This document shows, one piece after another, positions 1 through 7,500 of a DNA stretch of 7,842 bases (positions within the stretch are counted from its first letter, which is position 1; each line of letters opens with the position of its first letter). The notes beneath the pieces were generated by a model. That model saw only the letters and a program-made list of their open reading frames with translations. It was not told the DNA's origin and did no database searches. Source of the stretch: a virus (lineage: Duplodnaviria; Heunggongvirae; Uroviricota; Caudoviricetes); the IMG/VR virus record IMGVR_UViG_2675903654_000004; one strand, 5' to 3'. Made by a program: the position numbers and the translations under genes.

Positions 1-2139
1 GGGGATTCCACGCTTTCAGCGTTTAATAAAACCCTGGTTCTTTCCGGTAATCAGTCCGGACTGACTGCCGATCGCATGTTGACGCTCTCCAGAGCCGGAC
101 AGGCCGCAGGGCTGACGTTTAACCAGGCGAGTGAGTCACTGGCAGCCCTGGTGAATGCCGGTGTGCGTGGTGGTGAACAGTTTGATGCCATCAACCAGAG
201 TGTCGCGCGTTTTGCTTCTGCATCCGGTGTGGAGGTGGACAAGGTTGCAGAGGCTTTCGGAAAGCTGACCACCGACCCTACGTCGGGGCTGATTGCGATG
301 GCGCGCCAGTTCCGTAACGTGACGGCAGAGCAGATTGCGTATGTTGCGCAGCTGCAGCGTTCCGGTGATGAGGCCGGGGCCTTACAGGCGGCGAACGATA
401 TCGCCACGAAAGGCTTTGATGAGCAGACCCGCCGCCTGAAAGAGAACATGGGCACGCTGGAGACCTGGGCAGACAGGACTGCACGGGCATTCAAATCCAT
501 GTGGGATGCGGTGCTGGATATTGGTCGTCCTGATACCGCGCAGGAGATGCTGATTAAGGCAGAGGCTGCGTTTAAGAAAGCAGACGACATCTGGAATCTG
601 CGCAAGGATGATTATTTTGTTAACGATGAAGCGCGGGCGCGTTACTGGGATGATCGTGAAAAGGCCCGTCTTGCGCTTGAAGCCGCCCGAAAGAAGGCTG
701 AGCAGCAGACTCAACAGGACAAAAATGCGCAGCAGCAGAGCGATACCGAAGCGTCACGGCTGAAATATACCGAAGAGGCGCAGAAGGCTTACGAACGGCT
801 GCAGACGCCGCTGGAGAAATATACCGCCCGTCAGGAAGAACTGAACAAGGCACTGAAAGACGGGAAAATCCTGCAGGCGGATTACAACACGCTGATGGCG
901 GCGGCGAAAAAGGATTATGAAGCGACGCTGAAAAAGCCGAAACAGTCCAGCGTGAAGGTGTCTGCGGGCGATCGTCAGGAAGACAGTGCTCATGCTGCCC
1001 TGCTGACGCTTCAGGCAGAACTCCGGACGCTGGAGAAGCATGCCGGAGCAAATGAGAAAATCAGCCAGCAGCGCCGGGATTTGTGGAAGGCGGAGAGTCA
1101 GTTCGCGGTACTGGAGGAGGCGGCGCAACGTCGCCAGCTGTCTGCACAGGAGAAATCCCTGCTGGCGCATAAAGATGAGACGCTGGAGTACAAACGCCAG
1201 CTGGCTGCACTTGGCGACAAGGTTACGTATCAGGAGCGCCTGAACGCGCTGGCGCAGCAGGCGGATAAATTCGCACAGCAGCAACGGGCAAAACGGGCCG
1301 CCATTGATGCGAAAAGCCGGGGGCTGACTGACCGGCAGGCAGAACGGGAAGCCACGGAACAGCGCCTGAAGGAACAGTATGGCGATAATCCGCTGGCGCT
1401 GAATAACGTCATGTCAGAGCAGAAAAAGACCTGGGCGGCTGAAGACCAGCTTCGCGGGAACTGGATGGCAGGCCTGAAGTCCGGCTGGAGTGAGTGGGAA
1501 GAGAGCGCCACGGACAGTATGTCGCAGGTAAAAAGTGCAGCCACGCAGACCTTTGATGGTATTGCACAGAATATGGTGGCGATGCTGACCGGCAGTGAGC
1601 AGAACTGGCGCAGCTTCACCCGTTCCGTGCTGTCCATGATGACAGAAATTCTGCTTAAGCAGGCAATGGTGGGGATTGTCGGGAGTATCGGCAGCGCCAT
1701 TGGCGGGGCTGTTGGTGGCGGCGCATCCGCGTCAGGCGGTACAGCCATTCAGGCCGCTGCGGCGAAATTCCATTTTGCAACCGGAGGATTTACGGGAACC
1801 GGCGGCAAATATGAGCCAGCGGGGATTGTTCACCGTGGTGAGTTTGTCTTCACGAAGGAGGCAACCAGCCGGATTGGCGTGGGGAATCTTTACCGGCTGA
1901 TGCGCGGCTATGCCACCGGCGGTTATGTCGGTACACCGGGCAGCATGGCAGACAGCCGGTCGCAGGCGTCCGGGACGTTTGAGCAGAATAACCATGTGGT
2001 GATTAACAACGACGGCACGAACGGGCAGATAGGTCCGGCTGCTCTGAAGGCGGTGTATGACATGGCCCGCAAGGGTGCCCGTGATGAAATTCAGACACAG
2101 ATGCGTGATGGTGGCCTGTTCTCCGGAGGTGGACGATGA
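1..2139 (+). CDS. H: Tail tape measure protein (lambda gpH-like), 5'-truncated by window edge; 712 codons present
   Basis: Frame 1 is open from base 1 (no stop before the first Met at 76 reported by the ORF track) to TGA at 2137-2139. Long Ala/Glu/Lys/Gln/Arg-rich predicted coiled-coil middle, Gly-rich hydrophobic C-terminal segment (MVGIVGSIGSAIGGAVGGGASASGG) and ...RDGGLFSGGGR terminus that I recognise as lambda gpH. Sits immediately upstream of M-L-K-I-J. Confidence 0.95.
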   Translation, partial: GDSTLSAFNKTLVLSGNQSGLTADRMLTLSRAGQAAGLTFNQASESLAALVNAGVRGGEQFDAINQSVARFASASGVEVDKVAEAFGKLTTDPTSGLIAMARQFRNVTAEQIAYVAQLQRSGDEAGALQAANDIATKGFDEQTRRLKENMGTLETWADRTARAFKSMWDAVLDIGRPDTAQEMLIKAEAAFKKADDIWNLRKDDYFVNDEARARYWDDREKARLALEAARKKAEQQTQQDKNAQQQSDTEASRLKYTEEAQKAYERLQTPLEKYTARQEELNKALKDGKILQADYNTLMAAAKKDYEATLKKPKQSSVKVSAGDRQEDSAHAALLTLQAELRTLEKHAGANEKISQQRRDLWKAESQFAVLEEAAQRRQLSAQEKSLLAHKDETLEYKRQLAALGDKVTYQERLNALAQQADKFAQQQRAKRAAIDAKSRGLTDRQAEREATEQRLKEQYGDNPLALNNVMSEQKKTWAAEDQLRGNWMAGLKSGWSEWEESATDSMSQVKSAATQTFDGIAQNMVAMLTGSEQNWRSFTRSVLSMMTEILLKQAMVGIVGSIGSAIGGAVGGGASASGGTAIQAAAAKFHFATGGFTGTGGKYEPAGIVHRGEFVFTKEATSRIGVGNLYRLMRGYATGGYVGTPGSMADSRSQASGTFEQNNHVVINNDGTNGQIGPAALKAVYDMARKGARDEIQTQMRDGGLFSGGGR
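2125..2129 (+). promoter_or_regulatory. Shine-Dalgarno (GGAGG) for M, 6-nt spacer to ATG 2136
   Basis: GGAGG read directly at 2125-2129 inside the 3' end of H. Confidence 0.6.
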
Positions 2140-2465
2140 AGACCTTCCGCTGGAAAGTGAAACCCGGTATGGATGTGGCTTCGGTCCCTTCTGTAAGAAA
2201 GGTGCGCTTTGGTGATGGCTATTCTCAGCGAGCGCCTGCCGGGCTGAATGCCAACCTGAAAACGTACAGCGTGACGCTTTCTGTCCCCCGTGAGGAGGCC
2301 ACGGTACTGGAGTCGTTTCTGGAAGAGCACGGGGGCTGGAAATCCTTTCTGTGGACGCCGCCTTATGAGTGGCGGCAGATAAAGGTGACCTGCGCAAAAT
2401 GGTCGTCGCGGGTCAGTATGCTGCGTGTTGAGTTCAGCGCAGAGTTTGAACAGGTGGTGAACTGA
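2136..2465 (+). CDS. M: Tail tip assembly / minor tail protein M (lambda gpM-like), 109 aa
   Basis: ATG at 2136 overlaps the H stop (ATGA); ORF ends TGA 2463-2465. Protein MKTFRWKVKPGMDVASVPSVRKVRFGDGYSQRAPAGL... matches lambda gpM as I recall it; correct size and position. Confidence 0.95.
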   Translation: MKTFRWKVKPGMDVASVPSVRKVRFGDGYSQRAPAGLNANLKTYSVTLSVPREEATVLESFLEEHGGWKSFLWTPPYEWRQIKVTCAKWSSRVSMLRVEFSAEFEQVVN

Positions 2466-3163
2466 TGCAGGATATCCGGCAGGAAACACTGAATGAATGC
2501 ACCCGTGCGGAGCAGTCGGCCAGCGTGGTGCTCTGGGAAATCGACCTGACAGAGGTCGGTGGAGAACGTTATTTTTTCTGTAATGAGCAGAACGAAAAAG
2601 GTGAGCCGGTCACCTGGCAGGGGCGACAGTATCAGCCGTATCCCATTCAGGGGAGCGGTTTTGAACTGAATGGCAAAGGCACCAGTACGCGCCCCACGCT
2701 GACGGTTTCTAACCTGTACGGTATGGTCACCGGGATGGCGGAAGATATGCAGAGTCTGGTCGGCGGAACGGTGGTCCGGCGTAAGGTTTACGCCCGTTTT
2801 CTGGATGCGGTGAACTTCGTCAACGGAAACAGTTACGCCGATCCGGAGCAGGAGGTGATCAGCCGCTGGCGCATTGAGCAGTGCAGCGAACTGAGCGCGG
2901 TGAGTGCCTCCTTTGTACTGTCCACGCCGACGGAAACGGATGGCGCTGTTTTTCCGGGACGTATCATGCTGGCCAACACCTGCACCTGGACCTATCGCGG
3001 TGACGAGTGCGGTTATAGCGGTCCGGCTGTCGCGGATGAATATGACCAGCCAACGTCCGATATCACGAAGGATAAATGCAGCAAATGCCTGAGCGGTTGT
3101 AAGTTCCGCAATAACGTCGGCAACTTTGGCGGCTTCCTTTCCATTAACAAACTTTCGCAGTAA
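2465..3163 (+). CDS. L: Tail tip protein L (lambda gpL-like), 232 aa, with C-terminal cysteine cluster
   Basis: ATG at 2465 overlaps the M stop (TGATG); possible SD AGGTGG at 2452-2457; ends TAA 3161-3163. Protein MQDIRQETLNECTRAEQSASVVLWEIDL... with C-terminal cysteines C173, C182, C205, C208, C212, characteristic of gpL-family proteins. Confidence 0.95.
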   Translation: MQDIRQETLNECTRAEQSASVVLWEIDLTEVGGERYFFCNEQNEKGEPVTWQGRQYQPYPIQGSGFELNGKGTSTRPTLTVSNLYGMVTGMAEDMQSLVGGTVVRRKVYARFLDAVNFVNGNSYADPEQEVISRWRIEQCSELSAVSASFVLSTPTETDGAVFPGRIMLANTCTWTYRGDECGYSGPAVADEYDQPTSDITKDKCSKCLSGCKFRNNVGNFGGFLSINKLSQ

Positions 3164-3168
3164 ATCCC

Positions 3169-3912
3169 ATGACACAGACAGAATCAGCGATTCTGGCGCA
3201 CGCCCGGCGATGTGCGCCAGCGGAGTCGTGCGGCTTCGTGGTAAGCACGCCGGAGGGGGAAAGATATTTCCCCTGCGTGAATATCTCCGGTGAGCCGGAG
3301 GCGTATTTCCGTATGTCGCCGGAAGACTGGCTGCAGGCAGAAATGCAGGGGGAGATTGTGGCGCTGGTCCACAGCCACCCCGGTGGTCTGCCCTGGCTGA
3401 GTGAGGCCGACCGGCGGCTGCAGGTGCAGAGTGATTTGCCGTGGTGGCTGGTCTGCCGGGGTGAGATTCATAAGTTCCGCTGTGTGCCGCATCTCACCGG
3501 GCGGCGCTTTGAGCACGGTGTGACGGACTGTTACACACTGTTCCGGGATGCTTATCATCTGGCGGAGATTGAGATGCCGGATTTTGTGCGTGAGGATGAC
3601 TGGTGGCGTAACGGTCAGAATCTCTATCTGGATAATCTGGAGGCCACAGGGCTGTATCAGGTGCCGTTGTCAGCGGCGCAGCCGGGCGATGTGCTGCTGT
3701 GCTGTTTTGGTTCATCGGTGCCGAATCACGCCGCTATTTACTGTGGTGACGGCGAGCTGCTGCACCATATTCCTGAACAACTGAGTAAACGGGAGAGGTA
3801 TACCGACAAATGGCAGCGACGCACACACTCCCTCTGGCGTCACCGGGAATGGCACGCATCTGCCTTTACGGGGATTTGCAACGATTTGGCCGCCGCATCG
3901 ACCTTCGTGTGA
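3169..3912 (+). CDS. K: Tail tip assembly protein K (lambda gpK-like): N-terminal JAB/MPN (JAMM) metalloprotease domain plus C-terminal NlpC/P60-like cysteine peptidase domain. Maximal ORF 247 aa; the classical lambda K start corresponds to the internal Met49 at 3313 (199 aa)
   Basis: ORF from ATG 3169 (5 nt after the L stop) to TGA 3910-3912. JAMM motif H68-S-H70-x7-S78-x2-D81 (HSHPGGLPWLSEAD) with upstream E19-S-C-G-F-V-V (E-x-x-G-hydrophobic). NlpC/P60-like Cys in TDCYT (C121) and His in NHAAIY (H187) and LLHH (H199/H200). The start is uncertain: no SD precedes 3169, whereas GGAGG at 3297-3301 precedes ATG 3313. Confidence 0.85.
   Translation: MTQTESAILAHARRCAPAESCGFVVSTPEGERYFPCVNISGEPEAYFRMSPEDWLQAEMQGEIVALVHSHPGGLPWLSEADRRLQVQSDLPWWLVCRGEIHKFRCVPHLTGRRFEHGVTDCYTLFRDAYHLAEIEMPDFVREDDWWRNGQNLYLDNLEATGLYQVPLSAAQPGDVLLCCFGSSVPNHAAIYCGDGELLHHIPEQLSKRERYTDKWQRRTHSLWRHREWHASAFTGICNDLAAASTFV
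3791..3798 (+). promoter_or_regulatory. Shine-Dalgarno (GGGAGAGG) for I, 11-nt spacer to ATG 3810
   Basis: Purine-rich GGGAGAGG read directly at 3791-3798, inside the K coding sequence. Confidence 0.55.
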
Positions 3913-4481
3913 AAACGGGGGCTGAAGCCATCCGCGCACTGGCCACACAGCTCCCGGCGTTTCGTCAGAAACTGAGCGACGGCTGGTATCAGGTACGGAT
4001 TGCCGGGCGGGACGTCAGCGCGTCCGGGTTAACGGCGCAGTTACATGAGACTCTGCCTGATGGCGCTGTGATTCATATTGTTCCCAGAGTCGCCGGGGCC
4101 AAGTCAGGTGGCGTATTCCAGATTGTCCTGGGGGCTGCCGCCATTGCCGGATCATTCTTTACCGCCGGAGCCACCCTTGCAGCATGGGGGGCAGCCATTG
4201 GGGCCGGTGGTATGACCGGCATCCTGTTTTCTCTCGGTGCCAGTATGGTGCTCGGTGGTGTGGCGCAGATGCTGGCACCGAAAGCCAGAACTCCCCGTAC
4301 ACAGACAACGGATAACGGTAAGCAGAACACCTATTTCTCCTCACTGGATAACATGGTTGCCCAGGGCAATGTTCTGCCTGTTCTGTACGGGGAAATGCGC
4401 GTGGGGTCTCGCGTGGTTTCTCAGGAGATCAGCACGGCAGACGAAGGGGACGGTGGTCAGGTTGTGGTGATTGGTCGCTGA
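3810..4481 (+). CDS. I: Tail tip assembly protein I (lambda gpI-like), 223 aa: N-terminal ubiquitin-like (beta-grasp) domain ending in Gly-Gly, then a Gly/Ala-rich hydrophobic segment
   Basis: ATG 3810 to TGA 4479-4481. Overlaps the K 3' end by 103 nt in a different frame. Protein MAATHTLPLASPGMARICLYGDLQRFGRRIDLRVKTG... matches lambda gpI as I recall it. ...VPRVAGAKSGG (G100-G101) is followed by VFQIVLGAAAIAGSFFTAGATLAAWGAAIGAGGMTGILFSLGASMVLGG. Confidence 0.92.
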   Translation: MAATHTLPLASPGMARICLYGDLQRFGRRIDLRVKTGAEAIRALATQLPAFRQKLSDGWYQVRIAGRDVSASGLTAQLHETLPDGAVIHIVPRVAGAKSGGVFQIVLGAAAIAGSFFTAGATLAAWGAAIGAGGMTGILFSLGASMVLGGVAQMLAPKARTPRTQTTDNGKQNTYFSSLDNMVAQGNVLPVLYGEMRVGSRVVSQEISTADEGDGGQVVVIGR

Positions 4482-4499
4482 TGCAAAATGTTTTATGTG

Positions 4500-4530
4500 A
4501 AACCGCCTGCGGGCGGTTTTGTCGTTTATG
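4500..4530 (+). terminator. Hairpin with U-rich tail in the I-J intergenic gap; possible weak intrinsic terminator, attenuator or RNA-stabilising structure
   Basis: Perfect inverted repeat AAACCGCC (4500-4507) / GGCGGTTT (4512-4519) around a TGCG loop, followed by TGTCGTTT. Read directly from the sequence; function not demonstrated. Confidence 0.35.
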
Positions 4531-4533
4531 GAG
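4530..4533 (+). promoter_or_regulatory. Shine-Dalgarno (GGAG) for J, 8-nt spacer to ATG 4542
   Basis: GGAG at 4530-4533; a second GAGG at 4537-4540 is too close to the ATG to serve. Confidence 0.55.
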
Positions 4534-4541
4534 CGTGAGGA

Positions 4542-7500
4542 ATGGGTAAAGGCAGCAGTAAGGGGCATACCCCGCGCGAAGCGAAGGACAACCTGAAGTC
4601 CACGCAGCTGCTGAGTGTGATCGATGCCATCAGTGAAGGGCCGGTTGAAGGTCCGGTGGATGGATTAAAAAGCGTGCTGCTGAACAGTACGCCGGTGCTG
4701 GACAGTGAGGGGAATACCAACATCTCCGGCGTCACGGTGGTGTTCCGGGCAGGTGAGCAGGAGCAGACACCGCCGGAAGGTTTTGAATCCTCCGGCTCCG
4801 AGACGGTGCTGGGTACGGAAGTGAAATATGACACGCCGATCACCCGCACCATCACGTCGGCAAACATCGACCGTCTGCGCTTTACCTTCGGTGTGCAGGC
4901 ACTGGTGGAAACCACCTCAAAGGGGGACCGGAATCCGTCGGAAGTCCGCCTGCTGGTTCAGATACAGCGTAACGGTGGCTGGGTGACGGAAAAAGACATC
5001 ACCATTAAGGGCAAAACCACCTCGCAGTATCTGGCCTCGGTGGTGGATAACCTGCCGCCGCGCCCGTTTAATATCCGGATGCGCAGGATGACGCCGGACA
5101 GCACCACAGACCAGCTGCAGAACAAAACGCTCTGGTCGTCATACACCGAAATCATCGATGTGAAACAGTGCTACCCGAACACGGCACTGGTCGGCGTACA
5201 GGTGGACTCGGAGCAGTTCGGCAGCCAGCAGGTGAGTCGTAATTATCATCTTCGCGGGCGCATTCTGCAGGTGCCGTCGAACTATAACCCGCAGACGCGA
5301 CAATACAGCGGTATCTGGGACGGAACGTTAAAACCGGCATACAGCAACAACATGGCCTGGTGTCTGTGGGATATGCTGACCCACCCGCGCTACGGCATGG
5401 GGAAACGTCTTGGTGCGGCGGATGTGGACAAATGGGCGCTGTATGTCATCGGCCAGTACTGCGACCAGTCAGTGCCGGACGGCTCTGGCGGCACGGAGCC
5501 GCGCATCACCTGTAATGCGTACCTGACCACACAGCGCAAGGCGTGGGATGTGCTCAGTGATTTCTGCTCGGCGATGCGCTGTATGCCGGTATGGAACGGG
5601 CAGACGCTGACGTTCGTGCAGGACCGACCGTCGGATAAGGTGTGGACCTATAACCGCAGTAATGTGGTGATGCCGGATGATGGCGCGCCGTTCCGCTACA
5701 GCTTCAGCGCCCTGAAGGACCGCCATAATGCCGTTGAGGTGAACTGGATTGACCCGAACAACGGCTGGGAGACGGCGACAGAGCTTGTGGAGGATACGCA
5801 GGCCATTGCCCGTTACGGTCGTAACGTCACGAAGATGGATGCTTTTGGCTGTACCAGCCGGGGGCAGGCACACCGCGCCGGGCTGTGGCTGATTAAAACA
5901 GAACTGCTGGAAACGCAGACCGTGGACTTCAGCGTGGGCGCAGAAGGGCTTCGCCATGTGCCGGGCGATGTCATTGAAATCTGTGATGATGACTATGCCG
6001 GTATCAGCATCGGCGGGCGCGTGCTGGCGGTAAACAGCCAGACCCGGACGCTGACGCTCGACCGTGAAATCACGCTGCCATCCTCCGGTACCACGCTGAT
6101 AAGCCTGGTTGACGGGCAGGGTAATCCGGTGAGCGTGGAGGTCCAGTCCGTCACCGACGGCGTGAAGGTTAAAGTGAGCCGTGTTCCTGACGGCGTTGCC
6201 GGATACAGCGTGTGGGGGCTGAAGCTGCCGACGCTGCGCCAGCGCCTGTTCCGCTGCGTGAGTATCCGTGAGAACGATGACGGCACGTATGCCATCACCG
6301 CCGTGCAGCATGTACCGGAAAAAGAGGCCATCGTGGATAACGGGGCGCACTTTGACGGCGACCAGAGCGGCACGGTGAATGGTGTCACGCCGCCAGCGGT
6401 GCAGCACCTGACTGCCGAAGTCACCGCAGACAGCGGGGAATATCAGGTACTGGCGCGATGGGACACGCCGAAGGTGGTGAAGGGTGTGAGCTTCCTGCTT
6501 CGCCTGATCGTGGCAGCGGATGACGGCAGTGAGCGGCTGGTCAGCACAGCCCAGACGACGGAAACCACATACCGCTTCAGGCAGCTGGCGCTGGGGAACT
6601 ACAGGCTGACGGTCCGGGCGATAAATGCCCGGGGGCAGCAGGGCGAGCCGGCGTCGGTATCGTTCCGGATTGCCGCACCGGTAGCACCGTCGCGGATTGA
6701 GCTGACACCGGGCTATTTTCAGATAACAGCGGTCCCGCGTCTTGCGGTGTATGACCCGACGGTACAGTTTGAGTTCTGGTTTTCGGAGACAAAAATCGCA
6801 GACATATCTCAGGTGGAAACCTCTGCCCGTTATCTGGGGACCGGCAGTCAGTGGAGTGTATCCGGCCCGCACATTAAGCCCGGGAAGGATTTCTGGTTTT
6901 ACGTGCGCAGCGTCAACCTGGTGGGGAAATCTGCGTTTGTGGAAATCAGCGGGCAGCCCAGCAATGATGGTGAAGGGTATCTGGAATTTTTCCGGGAAAA
7001 AATAGGAAAACTGCATCTGGCTCAGGGGCTGTGGGAGCTGATAGACAACAGCCAGCTTGCGGATGAGATGGCGGAGATGAAGACCACCATCACCGAAACC
7101 CGCAATGAAATCACACAGACGGTCAGTAAAACGCTGGAGGACCAGAGCGCCACCATACAGCAGATACAGCGCGTGCAGAAGGACACAAATGATGACCTTG
7201 CTGCACTTTACATGCTGAAGGTACAGAAAACAAAAAATGGCATACCCTATGTTGCCGGTATTGGAGCGGGGATTGAGGATACTGATGGCCAGCCCCTGAG
7301 CAACATACTGCTGCTGGCTGACCGTATTGCGATGATTAACCCGGAGGACGGCAACACCACGCCGTTATTTGTGGCGCAGGGGAATCAGTTGTTCATGAAC
7401 GATGTGTTCCTGAAGCGGCTGTTTGCGGTGAGTATCACCTCGTCCGGCAATCCCCCGACGTTTTCCCTGACGCCGGAGGGCAGGCTGACCGCAAGAAATG

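Noticed and set aside
76-2139. Met at 76 as the start of H (as listed in the ORF track)
   Set aside because: The frame is open back to base 1 and the translated upstream residues continue the protein. Tape measure proteins are much longer, so the true start lies upstream of the window.
51-3175. Series of minus-strand ORFs (51-605, 382-714, 620-1051, 754-1284, 1230-1748, 1732-2397, 2091-2489, 2363-3175)
   Set aside because: All are antisense to the confidently assigned H, M and L genes and show the biased composition of shadow ORFs. None has recognisable motifs.
3810-3912. Possible programmed -1 frameshift producing a K-I fusion in the overlap (by analogy to lambda G/GT)
   Set aside because: I found no canonical slippery heptamer (X XXY YYZ) in the K frame within the overlap, and I has its own SD (GGGAGAGG) and ATG. 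Independent initiation is the simpler explanation.
3313-3912. Calling K only from the internal Met49 (199 aa) as in the classical lambda annotation
   Set aside because: Not rejected outright, since 3313 has the better SD, but not used as the primary call because it would exclude the E-x-x-G element of the JAMM motif and leave a 150-nt open, in-frame untranslated stretch in an otherwise tightly packed operon.
5469-7016. 515-aa ORF on the minus strand
   Set aside because: Lies entirely antisense to J, which has strong protein-level identity to a known family. Composition is Arg/Pro/His-rich and low-complexity, typical of a GC-rich antisense frame. No SD or operon context.
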